DNA of 62,359 bases, filler included, from Dugesia japonica (taxonomy: Eukaryota): the NCBI GenBank assembly GCA_001938525.1. It is 4 parts of 4 records of this genome, joined end to end, with 100 filler letters (N's around TTAATTAATTAA, not from the genome) between each part and the next. Parts side by side here need not be neighbours in the genome. Positions count along the whole stretch, not along the records: positions 23,179 to 35,203 come from MQRL01607827.1; positions 35,304 to 46,897 come from MQRL01614031.1; 2 more parts are not named here. One strand, given 5' to 3'. Shown piece by piece: positions 25,945-39,534 of the stretch (the first letter of the stretch is position 1; every line of letters starts with the position of its first letter). The notes under the pieces are model-generated. The model searched no databases. It had not been told where the DNA came from and worked only from the letters and a program-made list of their open reading frames with translations. The position numbers and the translations under genes were made by a program.

Positions 25945-26390
25945 TTGCCATTCATGTCTGAAATTGTTGGCTAATTTGGGTCTTTGGTGTTATTCATAAA
26001 CATCAATACTTTGTAATCTGTTCTTGCTAAGAATCTCTTTCCATGTGAATATTGCTTAAAATGTACCATATATTCATTTAACGCTATCAATTTTTTTCTT
26101 GTTACGCAGTAGACATTTTTATGATCAGTAAGGTGTCCGAATCCATATGCTATCACAACCTTTACACCATCTTCCGTTCTTTGGCTCAGTACTACATCGA
26201 TGGTTTTGAAACTTGCATCAATATCTTGGATAGATACTCTATTTTCTCTTGGGTAATCTAGAATTGGTGAATTACATAACTTATCTTTTACGTTTCCAAA
26301 CATTGTTTTGTATGCTTCTGCCCATATCAAAGTTTTGTCACATCTTTAGAAAGCTTCATACAAAGGGGGTGCAATTTTTGAAAATACTTT
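25945..26390 (-). mobile_element. Gypsy RNase H fragment
   Basis: PILDYP...DIDASF...VLSQ...VIAYG...YCVTRKKL...RTDYKVL. Confidence 0.85.
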
Positions 26391-26399
26391 ATTAAATAA

Positions 26400-26900
26400 A
26401 TACAGTAACATTCAACTAATGAACTCTATAAATCGATTAATCTTATAACATCTAATGAACTGAATACAACAATACATATCTTAAAACGCAATTCAACCAC
26501 ATAAAACAGAATAAATCCTTAGAAACTCCTATGAAACACTATAAAAACCTTAAAGAACTTCTATAAATGCTTATAGAAATCCAATAAAATACTATAAAAG
26601 CTTTATAAATCCCTATAAACCTTACTGATACTCAACAAAACTCTATATAAACATAAAACACTTTACAACCCATAGGTTCACTATAGATACCTTATGGAAT
26701 CCCTATAAAAATCTGTAGAAACACAAAAGCTCTATAAAAACTCTTGAGAAACCCTACAAACCCTTGTAGAAACACTTTGAATCACTATAGAAAAGCTCCA
26801 GAGAACTCCTATAACCCCCTTTAGAAACCTTAGTGAATCCTTATTGAACACTATAAGCCCATAATTCCTGTAAGTACCAACAAACCAATAAACCCGATAC
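26400..26900. repeat. Degenerate short-period tandem repeat (ccctatagaaa-like)
   Basis: Recurrent ctataaa/cctatagaaac units with strong strand bias. Confidence 0.55.
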
Positions 26901-27443
26901 AGCACTTAATGCAGGTTTCTGAACTTTCTCATTAAGGACTATATATGGTTTATTGATTTCTTGGTTGCATCGTTAATAATTCGCATTTTTTAACCATTGA
27001 ACAAAAATAGGTATGTAAATATATAGTAAAAATTATTCTGATGTTGTTTTGAATTGTGTCATTAAATTAACGACACATTTTGAGATGTTGGTGTAGTTAG
27101 TTATGGAAAATCATTTGATAATCTTAAACCTGGGGAGGATTTTCTAGTCTGCAAGATGGCTTTGATTATCGCGGCGTGTGAAATACGTATAGTTCAATAT
27201 TTCTTAAATAAATTCTTTTTCGTATCATTATTTTTATCAGGATATTTTTCCATTTCTGTAGTCTGTTAATTTTGTTGTAATTTCTATTTTGTGAACTATT
27301 TTACTTATATCTTGATTACATAATTATAATATTCTAATATTTATTTCTCAAAATTATCTTTTTGATTTCACTCTTAGATCATTTTTGAAATATTTCAGTT
27401 TTAGTAAAATTATGAACCGTGTAATTTCTGCAAACAATATAAA

Positions 27444-27869
27444 ATGTCTCATCATAATCATAAAATAACGAAAGTAATTCTATTAATCAATATTTCGTTA
27501 ATAAAATCAATGAATGATAATTGTTATGAAAACTATCAAGATGAAGTTTGCAATACTGATATTCAAATCCTATCAAATTTGTTGAATCAATGCCAGTTTT
27601 CTTTACAAAAGATTGATCGAATTCAGTGCAATATGTCAAATCTAATTGTTGATTATCGTCAACAATTTAAAACAGTTTTGAAAGATATTGATGGAGAAAT
27701 ACGAAATTTTAATGTTAATTTGAATAACGGAATGTCTCGTACTAATTCACAATGTGATTCTATAAATCCAGTGATCAATTTTCAAACTGGTGCAGAAGAA
27801 TTTAGACAAGAATTAAATGGCTTATCAAAAAGATTGAATAATATTTTTGATACTTTGGCAAAAGCCTGA
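27444..27869 (+). CDS. Uncharacterised 141-aa helical/coiled-coil protein (possibly a terminal exon)
   Basis: Uninterrupted ORF in non-TE DNA, protein-like composition, AATAAA ~45 nt after the stop; no recognisable family. Confidence 0.5.
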   Translation: MSHHNHKITKVILLINISLIKSMNDNCYENYQDEVCNTDIQILSNLLNQCQFSLQKIDRIQCNMSNLIVDYRQQFKTVLKDIDGEIRNFNVNLNNGMSRTNSQCDSINPVINFQTGAEEFRQELNGLSKRLNNIFDTLAKA

Positions 27870-28342
27870 AATTCTATTTCATTGAATGTGTAATGTTCTA
27901 CACTACTTTTGTTAAAATAAAGCATTTTAAAATCTTAACTTATTTTAAGTAATATATTAATTTTTTGAAAATATTTAACAAATAAATGATCAGTTTTGAC
28001 TTGTAAATCTTGTCAGCTTTATAGACATTTAAAAGCCCGTGGTAATTGTGACCCTCTTTTATAGAAATGTTAATTGATATTAAATGCAGTGAAATTAATT
28101 AATTTATATTTATTTGTATTTACTTTGTAAATTACATAGAAGAATTAGCATGTTAAGGAGGAATATACATTTATAATTCGGTTTTAGGACAATTTGTCGC
28201 AGGATAATTTAGAGCGGACAATAATCTTTCTGAAACCAGTGATAAAAATAAAATATTTCATTTTTAATTCAAATTATATATGTTTTGTTAAGACATAATA
28301 ATTACAGACAAGATTTAAATTACTAATAAGGTTTTTTACTAA

Positions 28343-31300
28343 TTATTGTTAATTGATTTCGTCATAATAACAACTTTTAAATTGGTAATGTTTATTTCAA
28401 TCACAATATTTAAACAAATGAATTTATTAGTATTAAAATATTAATACTACATTACTACTCTCTCTAATCTGGAGGGTTCTTGAGGATGAATGCTGGACGT
28501 GTTCTATCCACTAAAACGCTTTCGATTTTTACCTTTTCTCATTCTTTGTAGTACCTTACCATCTTTGTCTCGATTCGTAATTGCATAAGGTCCTTCATTT
28601 ATTCGCTGCAGTGGTCTTCTGTTTTCACTTTTGATCCAAACACTTTTGCCTTTTTCCATCTCTCTTGGCATGAACACCTTCATAAAACCGGGTGACCTTA
28701 ACCGATTATTTCGAATTCTGTTGATATCATTGTTTGCTGGTTGGAGCATGATGGAAGGATAATGTCACCTGGCAACCTCACTGTTGTTCCAAAAACTACT
28801 TGTGATGGCGATAGTTCAGTTTCCTCGCTATCCAAATTACGCAATGCCATCATAGTTATTGGTATCTCATCAAGCCATTCACGTTCTGCATTTTCCGCCC
28901 CTGTTCGCAATGCATTTTTGAGAGTTCTATGAAATCTTGCTATCTTCTCATTGTATTGGGGATGGTATAGTGTAGTACGCTTGTGCTTAATTCCAAATGT
29001 ATCACAGAATGTGCTGAACTCTCTTGAAATGAATAGTCGTCCGTTGTCTGTTATCATAATTTCTGTTGCTTCAAACGCGTTATCCAGTCTTTTATCTTCG
29101 CTGTAACTATGATTGGCGTAATTATTTCTCTCAGTGGGGCCACTTCAGTCCATGAGGTTTCTCTATCAATTACGGTAAGCAAATATGTGTTACCTTTGGA
29201 GGAAGATAGAGGTCCTACTATATCTAAATGTACTACTTTGAATTTTTCTAAGTTTGGTAGTGTACCAATTGGTACTTTTATGTGCCTTGAAACTTTATTG
29301 GCTTGACATTTAAGACAGTGTTTACACCAATTGCGGATTTGAGCTCTCATTTTTGGCCATACATATCGATCTGATATAAATCTGATGGTAGCATTAGTCC
29401 CCTGGTGAAATAGATTATGCAGCCTTTCAAATTCATTATATCTTAATTGCTCTGGGAGTACAATTCTGAGATTTGTCTTTGATTTTTCAAATAATATTCC
29501 TTCTTTGACTCTGTGCAGTTTCAGCGAGTGTTGTTTAATATTAATCAATGATTGATCATCTTGTTGGTTTCTCAATAGATCTGTTATTGATGCGTGACTA
29601 ATAACTACATGATTCTTTCATCGTGACCATCTGATTGTTTTGATATTATATCTGCTACTACATTTTCTTCACCTTTAATATACTGCAGTTGCATATCTTG
29701 TTGACTAAGAAATTCCGTCCATCTCCATTGTCGCCCTTAGGGTTTTTTTATTTGCGTTGAACTCAACAAAGGTTTGTGATCCGTGCGAGCGATAAAGGTG
29801 TTTGATTGAAAGTACTAATGCCAATAGTTCTCTGTCAAAGGTAGAATATTTGCATTCAAATGGTTTTAATTTTCTAGAAAAGACAGCAATAGGATCCAAG
29901 CTTACGGTCTTCATTTTCTTGGTTTAAACTTCCTCCAACAGCTAATCTTGATGCATCAGTGTATAATAAAAATGTCTTTTGTTGATCAGGAGTTGCCATT
30001 TTTGTCATTTCAGTTAGTTTTTGGATTGCTTTTTGAAATGCTATGTTGTATAGTGATGACTATTTAATCAATTTCTTCTTTTTATATGGTGTTATAAGTT
30101 CATGTAGTGGAGCAAGTGGCTCTGATAATCGTGGAATCATCCATTGATAGAATGTCATAGTGCTAAGAATCTACTTTGTGCTTTTGCATTTCTTGGTGTT
30201 GGTAAATTTTTGATAGCTTGTATTCGTTCATTGATAGGCTTGATAGCTTTCTTGAATATAGAGAATCCTAGAAATTCCACTTTATTTTTATTGAGTTGAC
30301 ATTTATCTGAGTTGATGTTCAATCCATGTTTTTTAAGTTCCAACATGACTTGTTTAATATGAAATTCGTGTTTTTTGTAATCTTTGGAGTAGATAAGGAT
30401 GTCATCAATATAAGTAAATGCTAAAGCTTGACAACTGTTTAGACACTTGTCCATATGTCTTTGAAATGTTTATGATGCATTTTTCAATCCAAATGACATC
30501 TTTCTGTATTCAAATAGGCCAATTGGTGTGATTAATGCTGTTTTGTGGCTGTCTGATTCTTGGATTGGAATTTGGTGGTAGGCTTTTCTAAGATCCAGTG
30601 TGAAGAAAATATTACATCCATTGATTTTGTTTAGTATGTCACTCNTTTTGGGAAGTGGATATCTGTCTCGCTTGGTTATTGAGTTCAACATTCGGTAATC
30701 GCCACATGTTCGAAATGTTTCTTTCTTCTTGACCACTACCATTGAAGATACCCATTCGCTACTGTTTGGTTGAATAATGTCTTGTTTAATTAATTCTTCA
30801 AATTCAAGTTTGATTTGTTTCATAATTAATGGTCCTAATCTTTGAGCAAGTTGTTGAACTGGTGGNNNNNNNNNNNNNNNNNNNNNNNNNNNNNNNNNNN
30901 NNNNNNNNNNNNNNNTTTGGTGGTAGGCTTTTCTAAGATCCAGTGTGAAGAAAATATTACATCCATTGATTTTGTTTAGTATGTCACTCTTTTTGGGAAG
31001 TGGATATCTGTCTCGCTTGGTTATTGAGTTCAACATTCGGTAATCGCCACATGTTCGAAATGTTTCTTTCTTCTTGACCACTACCATTGAAGATACCCAT
31101 TCGCTACTGTTTGGTTGAATAATGTCTTGTTTAATTAATTCTTCAAATTCAAGTTTGATTTGTTTCATAATTAATGGTCCTAATCTTTGAGCAAGTTGTT
31201 GAACTGGTGGNNNNNNNNNNNNNNNNNNNNNNNNNNNNNNNNNNNNNNNNNNNNNNNNNNNNNNNNNNNNNNNNNNNNNNNNNNNNNNNNNATTGTTATG

Positions 31301-32499
31301 ATAATCTATTAAAAGACGATGTTTTGACAAAAAATTTGATCCCAATATTAGACGCTTGACATCGGCTAATGTAAACGTCCATTTAAATGTGGCTTGAATA
31401 CTTGGTATATGAAGTAAGATTGTCTTTTAACCATAAACTACAATTTCGCTTCCATTTGCAGTTAATAATGAATGTTTAACATTGTTGTTATTTGGTATAA
31501 ACATTCGATATGTCAGGATGCTGATATCTGCATCTGAGTCAATTAAGAATTGATATTGATTATTGTTTGATCAATCTGAGACTGTGAAAATGGATTGTAC
31601 TTCTTCCGACTGTTTGGGTTTGTCGTGGATCTCAGTGATCGGTTTCAGTGAGAGCCATTGACTTTTCTTGAATTGAAACTGCAAAGTGATTGGCATTTTC
31701 TTGCATTTCTACCAAATTTTCTGTGGAAGTAGCATAACTCTTTGTTTGACGTTATCTTATTTAGTATTTGTCTTTGTTTGGCTTTGATTGCGTTGATCTC
31801 ATCACGTATGTTGCTGATTGTGATTTCGTCATATTGATTTCCCATTTGCCTGATGTCAATAATTTCGACATTTTAATCATTCATCTCGAAATGATATTCT
31901 GCTAACTGTGTTATTCTTCAAGGCTTTTGCTTCTGTGCTGAACTAAATGATGTCGCATGTATTTTGGTAGATATTCCAAGAACTTTAGTCTCAAAATGTT
32001 GTAATTTTCTGGATTTCTATGTGGCTCAATGATTTTGTAAAATTGTTTCATTTCTGTCAACTTTCTTGATGGAGTCTTGTAAGAATTAGTAATGGGATTC
32101 ATTGATTTATTCATGGCTTCCTTTGTTGACATTGTGGTTCTGCGTAGTATTGAAGCTTTCAGTTTCTNGTATGTGGATTCAACTTNTGGATCCATTTCAT
32201 GTGACACTAGGTCCAGTATNTCTGGTGGGAAACTGGTAAGTTAATGCNAANATTTTGTTCTTGAATTTCGGATATTTGATAGCTCAAAAGCTGCATCCAC
32301 TTGGGCAAACCAATTTGCTGAGTTTGAGAAGTAATTTGGTATTCTGATTTGGACATAGTTTTCTTCAGCACTTCTGACACCATTATTCTTAATTGATTTC
32401 GTCATAATAACAACTTTTAAATTGGTAATGTTTATTTCAATCACAATATTTAACTAAATGAACTTATTTGTTTATTAGAATGAAAATATTAATACTACA
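28343..32499 (-). mobile_element. Full-length degenerate Gypsy with ~110-bp LTRs, tRNA-Leu PBS and TSD
   Basis: LTRs 28343-28451 and 32383-32499; PBS TGGTGTCAGAAGTG (32369-32382); TSD CTAA(T) on both sides; gag WFAQVDAAF and CYFHRKFG...C...C; protease FLIDSDADIS; RT YIDD; RNase H; integrase. Confidence 0.93.
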
Positions 32500-32578
32500 C
32501 TAATCTTGTAAGAATTTTGTTGTGGATATACTTCGGGTTAATTAGAGTTTATTAGCAAAGCATATTAAATATGATATA

Positions 32579-35045
32579 AGTAGATGGATAGTAGCGCACT
32601 GGAACATTTCATTTTAAATTCATGATTTTTCCAGTAAATGTCAAATTTTAATGATTTTTATAACTTAAATTTTAATTTACTTTTACAAATAAGAGTTAAT
32701 AAATATTTACAAACTATTTGCATTGAAAAACTAAAAAAACCGAAAATAATAATAAANNNNNNNNNNNNNNNNNNNNNNNNNNNNNNNNNNNNNNNNNNNN
32801 NNNNNNNNNNNNNNNNNNNNNNNNNNNNNNNNNNNNNNNNNNNNNNNNNNNNNNNNNNNNNNNNNNAAAAACATACAAATTTAAATTAAAAGACTTATTA
32901 ATTACACATACTTTTTCGTAATAGTACATACTTTTCTAAACATAATTAGGTTAGATTACATTAAAAGTATAAATTAAATTAAATTATCGTAATAAATTAA
33001 TTAGTTTACTTGAATTTCCTGATTCGATTGAACACTGATACAATACTAAATTTAATGTAATGTGTAGTGTTCATTTGCTTACTCTATTCATTGGTTTAAT
33101 GAAACACATTGGATTTATTGTATCACATGAGCTTACTGTGTCAAATTAGCTTACTCTATCCATTTGTTTTACTGAAAGAAATGAACTTGCATTGTCACAT
33201 TGGCTTTATTGAAACACATGGAGTTTTACTGAAGCACGTAAGCTTTATGGTATCACATTGGTTTACTACATTAAATTAATTAAATTCATTGTTCGAAAAA
33301 AATGTAATCTTTTCAATTTCCAAAATTTGTTATTCGTATATACATGTCAAATCTTTTAGAAATTGTGCAATATTACAAAGGAAACTGTGACAGCACTTGT
33401 ATACCTTCTATCTAAACCAATTCAAATCATTAAACCTGATATATTCATTAACCCACTGTAATCAATAAACCTAGTACATTCATTAAACATTGAACATATA
33501 CATGTAAAACCAATGAATAAATTTAGCAAATTAGTACAGATACTAATGTTATACAGAAAACCAAATTACAATATTCTCTNATCAACTCCTTACATACTTT
33601 AACTAAGTTGTTCAATTCACTTAAAATATACAATTATCCCAAATACATTCAGCTCATATACCTTTTAAATAAACTTTTATAACAAGCACTTAAAAGTAAA
33701 TGAAATAACAAGATTAATTAACTAAGATTTATTAAAGCATATACATTATCGTCAACTCCTCTCTTTTCTTTAATCTGGAACAGGTATATTTCTGTTACCT
33801 AGAATACTGAATCTTTTTGTAAATCTAGTATTCTTCTAAGATTTGAATAAATAATAACAAGTGATTAATTAATTAATACAATTTAAATAAACTATACTTT
33901 TTCCATTTACATGTTGTAATTCTGACAATTCTTTTTTCCAATTTATTATTCTTATTGTTGCACAAAGACTCATCATTCATGAGAAATTTACGAGGCCTAA
34001 TGCTGCTAATGCGATTGGTAGTAATTCTGCTTTAAAGTCATCACCTTGTTCATACAAAACCATTTTCATTAATTTCTTATTCTTTATATTTACAAGTGTT
34101 AACAGTGACATTTTATGTTTTTTTCAATGCTTGTCTTCTATTTTTGCTTAAAGTTACATTACCATGAACGTCACTTGCAATAATCTCGAGTAAATCACCT
34201 CTAACAAACAATGGAAATGACTGTAACATTCTCATCATAACTGGGGATTTTATAATTGCTCTAAAAATCGGAAGACTTATTTCTAAATCCATTATTATTT
34301 AAATAAATACTTAAAGACTTGCTTATCACTTTATATATTTTCCAGATGAATTCTTCTTTCCATAAATATCCGATAGCATTTTAAATTAAAATTGTAACCA
34401 CCTATGTGTAAATTACGATTATCTACGTACGAACAGCAATATCATATGTGTGATTTCTCACCATCTGTTGTACATTGAGGCCTTAGTTTGTAATTTGCGA
34501 AATCAAAATATTATTTGGATAACAGAATTTTATAAATTTATATAGATTTCTAGAAAATAATACTAAGTTCATAAGTAATTTTTATTAAAATGTATGCATC
34601 CAAGAATAAAAAATAAACTAATTTTTATTAAGATTAGTTAAATTTCAATTAATTGCTTTAATTTTCTAAAGTTTCATAAATATCATCGATTTCCGTAAAG
34701 TGAATTAAAATTAATTAATTACATTTAATTAAAATCACTTAAATTTCATCCATTTCTCTAAAGTGTATCGAAAGTAGTATAACATATTAAGTGTCCATTA
34801 GTTGAATATTGCTGTATTTGTTACATATAGTTCGGTGGTTGTATTTACACAGCAGGCCAATAGTAATAGTAAATAAGTGGGAAACCATAAGTAAGATCGT
34901 AAAACCGATAGATAAAGTAAGCAAATCGGATTTACAAAATCCATGTGACACAGTAAAGCCCTTGTGTTTCAATAAAACCAGCGAATAGAGTAAGCAAATC
35001 TCATGACAAAGTAAAACCATTGTAACACAAGAAAATCAATGTGCT
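32579..35045. mobile_element. Internally deleted Maverick derivative
   Basis: Starts AGTAGATGGATAGTAGCGC, matching the 57498 terminus. ~20-bp repeat arrays at 33040-33530 and 34860-35045 are mutually inverted. Contains a homolog of the 50693 gene. Confidence 0.65.
33977..34292 (-). pseudogene. Maverick small basic protein (PW/cupiennin-like), one frameshift
   Basis: MDLEISLPIFRAIIKS...QSFPLFVRGDLLEII...HGNVTLSKNRRQALKK/HK...ELLPIALAALG; clearly homologous to 50693-51015. Confidence 0.75.
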
Positions 35046-35336
35046 TAATTGATGTTAGTGTTGGGCTGTTACACCAAAATTAGTCAGCGGAATATAGAAA
35101 TAAGGAAACGTGAAAATAAATAAAATGATGAAGAATTTGCACAAAATTGATGAACTGGACCAAAAATGTTATTAAGAAAATCATTATTATTATTATTATG
35201 GTTNNNNNNNNNNNNNNNNNNNNNNNNNNNNNNNNNNNNNNNNNNNNTTAATTAATTAANNNNNNNNNNNNNNNNNNNNNNNNNNNNNNNNNNNNNNNNN
35301 NNNTAACAAATCGATTGTCACACACAAATATCAATC

Positions 35337-36337
35337 TCACTCATATTCATATTGATTCATCACAAATATCCAATAAAGTTTACAAATATCCACAATTCGA
35401 TGTGATATATCGATGCAAAATAAATTTGTCGAATTGAGAAACGATGAGGGCAATTCTGACAAATTTTGATTCAATCTGTCATCGATTGTATCATTTAATA
35501 AGAGAATTTGTCTGAAATACCTTTTATTGATTATTTTTAAAAAAATATTTCGCTCAATTACTTGATTTTAATCATTCGATTTATCAATAATATTCTTGTT
35601 GGTTCATCTTTGTTATTATCACGAATTTGATCAACACTATTTAATAGTAATCAATGAAAACTTACAATATATTACTTTCTCACAATAAATAATCATCTAG
35701 GTAAGTTCTGTCATGCAAATAGCAGCATTCTTCAAATGTATTATTAATCTCATTTCCTCTTCCATCATCACATCTAATCAAAAATTCTATTAATCAATTA
35801 ATCAATATTCAAATTCACCTAATAATCAATTTGTAATTCTCATTTGTCTCAATCTCGTTGACTATTTGATCATTTTTCATTTCTTTTCCATCTGCATTCC
35901 AAATATTGATTATTTCTGAATGACTTACTTCTATTATTGATCTGACTGTTGAAATAGTATAATTTTGTTTCACAATCAAATATTCACCGCCAAAATTTTT
36001 CTCATAATAAAATACATAAAGGATGACATCATCTCTGCAATAAATCAAATTAATCACAATTATTTCATTTCCATTAATTAATTTACTTTCTCAAATAATT
36101 CTCAATTTTACCCAACCAAATTTCATCATTTTCACATATTTTGTAACTTTTTATCAAAAAATTATTAAATAAAATAATATTTTTATAAATTAATGTGAAA
36201 TAGTCCTTTGTAAAATTTCCATTTCCATGGTAAATCTCATCTAATTTATTTTTTATATCTCTCACCATCAAATATTCATTAATATTAATTTCTATTTTTT
36301 CATCATTATTTTCTCCATTTATAATAAATAATTTCAT
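35337..36337 (-). CDS. Five-exon host gene encoding a tandem ubiquitin-like-domain protein
   Basis: GT-AG introns 36086-36035 (52 nt), 35818-35774 (45), 35683-35637 (47) and 35561-35521 (41) join into one open frame. The N-terminus MKLFII...IEININEYLMVRDIKNKL...LIYKNIIL...IKSYKICENDEIWL follows the ubiquitin-fold pattern. Confidence 0.7.
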
Positions 36338-37699
36338 TTATCAATGTTAAATTATCTGAATTGAATTTAATTTAATATAATTGGATAATTGAATAATTAT
36401 CAAATTAATTTCTAAATAATTAAAATATCATAAAGAATATAAATTTATAGAATTTTCTAAATTTCAAAATAAATTATAAATTTTATTGTTTTAAATATTA
36501 CAATGACAGTTAAAATAATAAAGATAAAATTGATTGATTTAAACAACATCAATAATTAGGACATACAAATATATGTATAATTTATATCGATCGCATGTAT
36601 GCATAATTATAATATTGGACCTATGAAAAATCTACTTGAAAATGTTTAGAAATAATTTACTTTCTAATATTAATTGAATGTGTTATCGTAACTACACACA
36701 TCAAAAATAACCTTGGAAAATATGAAATTTGAACGAAATTTTTCGAAATTCACTTATTTTTCTTAAAATTAAGGATATCTTCAGTTTTTTTTTGTAATTT
36801 GGATTGATGTATTGATGTATTGATCCTTTTGAATGAGAGTATTCAGAATCGAATACATATATATCTTAAGACATTTTTATTAAAATTTAAAAATGGTATT
36901 TACTTATTGAGATAAACCGCAAAAAAATAAAATTTAGAAAAAGAAATATTCTCTTGCACTGAAAGAAAAACAAATCAAGTGTGAAGCTTGATTTTTAATT
37001 TGTATATATACACATATCTGAGACGAAACTTGTTTAATCATTCATGTTCCTATTTAATATTATAAAGACATGTATTTTATTAAAATTAACCGTTATTTCA
37101 GGTTATAAATGTCTTGAAAAATAAAAACCAATCTATCAGCTCAAGGTATTTTGCGCAAAATGTTCGATGCCGATATATACAAGTCGCTAGTCATATTAAA
37201 CATTTTGCCAACCAAATACAACATTAAATAAAAATTATATATTGACACAAGTGAACTTAACTTAAATAAAATGCACTATTTATTGATGAACATGAGGAAG
37301 ACCAGCAGCGCATTTAGTAATGTTGCAAAGAATATCTTAAATAACCAGCTCTTTCGATTGAAGTAACATTCCTAGCCTCTTCCGACATCAACTTCGAAAG
37401 TGTACCAACTGGTCCCAATCTTAATTAATTATATTAGTTTTTTTTAATTTACTGATACTGTTGCATTGATTTGATAATTTCATAAGGACCAAATAAACTC
37501 ATATTTATAATTTCAAAAGCATGGAAAAATTGTTCATAAAAGAAAATATACACATATATTATTAACTGAAATTAATAATATTTAATAATTAATAATAATT
37601 TTAATAATAATATTAATAATATTTAACCAGTGAAATTCTAATGTTAAAGTCTACTAGTAGGAAATTAGGGCAGTAGTACCGCTCTTTGTGCGCTGATTC

Positions 37700-38175
37700 A
37701 CGGATAAATAGTTCATTTTTCACAAATTTAGTAACTTTCCCCTATTTTTGTAACTTCTTCCGTAATTTAGTAGCTTTCCCTTTATTTTAGTAGAATTTTC
37801 ATTGTATAAACTTATTTTACAAATTTCTCACACTGTTGACTATTTTCAGTATTCTCTACGGCCATTTAAAAAGAAATATGAACAATTTAATGAATGTAAG
37901 AAATTTTGATAATCAAGTTCCTCGTGATAGTGAGTTTTGGTTAAATGTTTACTCGGAGTTTTAGAATTCGGTTGATTTCGGTCCGATATTTACTAACAAT
38001 GGTCATTTTTTGTCGAATTTCGGTGATTTTGTTTAAATTTTAAAATTTTAAATTTATGGAAATTGAAGGAAAATATCCATTTTGTTAAAATATTTTAATT
38101 TTTTAAATATAATTAAAGTTTTCATTAAAATAGGGAGAAAGTAACTAAATTACGGAAAAATTCACTATTTATCTT
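37700..38175. mobile_element. MITE-like non-autonomous DNA transposon
   Basis: gataaatagttcatttttcacaaatttagtaactttcccctatttt (37702 onward) is an imperfect inverted repeat of 38127-38173. Confidence 0.5.
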
Positions 38176-39494
38176 TCATTCACATGTCTTAACACTTTGT
38201 ATACTTATCGACCTATAAAAGCACCTAGTCGCTTAAAGTGAACTTCAAGAGTTCATCATATCTCATTATAAAAAAATCTGACCACTATGTACGCACTTTA
38301 TGAGTACATTCATTAACAAAAACAGTTTAAGCGTCTATGAGCACATTCTTGGCGATCATCAGTTTGTAGGATTACTTTCGTCGTCTATGGGTTTACTTCT
38401 TAATTTCATCAATCAGTAAAATTACTTAGCCATATACGAGCACACTTTGGGCTTTCACAAAGCAATAGGCACACTATAGCTATCTATGAGAGCACTTTAT
38501 GTACTTAGCAACCAATAGAAATACTTTATGATAAGGAACGCACAATCATCATTTATTTTTTTGATCATTTAAATAAAATTACATAAGAATAATTGAAAAC
38601 TAAAATAAAAAAATAACTAGTCACTCAAAGAGAATACAACCAAAGGTTATAAAGTCGCACATAAATTGTTTAATTTTCATCGTCATATAAAAACACAAAA
38701 TTTGCAACTCACTTTATTACGTACAGTAGAAGAGTGATTCTGCGTCAGTGTGGACATATCTACCTAAATATAGGTAGAGATCCTTTACTCTGGAGAGATC
38801 CTTTCTAGAAATGCGGCATAACTCATCAGGTAATACAGTGCGTAAGTACTATTTATATCCAGAAGGAAGCAATTTTACCAAAGGTTTTCAGACAATGTAT
38901 AGTCATTTTTTGGTTCTACCTCACCTTTCAACGGTTTCGATTTGAAAACCGCAAATCAATACGTGCACAGTGCAGTTGCATGTGTAAACGGTAATTTGCG
39001 AATATCAATTAACACATTCAGCACATCAAAATTCTTTTAATTATCTTGTTAATATATACATTAACTATTGTCTTTAGAAATGGAACAATTTTACTTTCTT
39101 CGCTTGAAATGGATATTTCTTAATCATTTATTTGACTCCCAGGAGCTTATTGCGGTATGATCTTTGTCAACAATCATAAATTAACTGTGAGTGCTATTTT
39201 TGTCATTTATTTATTTATTTATAGATTTCTGGATATTTTGCCAAACATTGATTGAATTCTATTTATAATTATAATTATTGTTATAAATGTTGTTGAGAGT
39301 GAAGATATTAAATGCAGCTAATTTATGAAACCAAATTTCCAAAAATTAAAAAGCACATTTATAATTTTTGAAATCGTTTAAAAACGAAAATATTATCCTT
39401 GTAAATTGATGGATAGATGTATAATAATAAATAATTCAAAATGATATGTATAATTCATTAAATTAAACGTTTCGATCAAAATTTTAAAAACATC

Positions 39495-39529
39495 AATTCC
39501 TGACGAAGACAAAGTCGAAAATTAGAATT
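39495..39529 (+). ncRNA. Minimal hammerhead ribozyme motif (Penelope pLTR type)
   Basis: AATTC-CTGACGA-A-GAC(AAA)GTC-GAAA-AT-TA-GAATT: stem I, conserved core, stem II and a minimal palindromic stem III. Confidence 0.65.
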
Positions 39530-39534
39530 TTTAA

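Noticed and set aside
30575-31210. Tandem duplication of an RT segment giving ORF 30470-31345
   Set aside because: Essentially identical copies on either side of an N gap; most likely a scaffolding overlap artefact.
38800-38835. Minus-strand CTGATGAG...GAAA as a hammerhead ribozyme
   Set aside because: No convincing stem II closing or stem I pairing.
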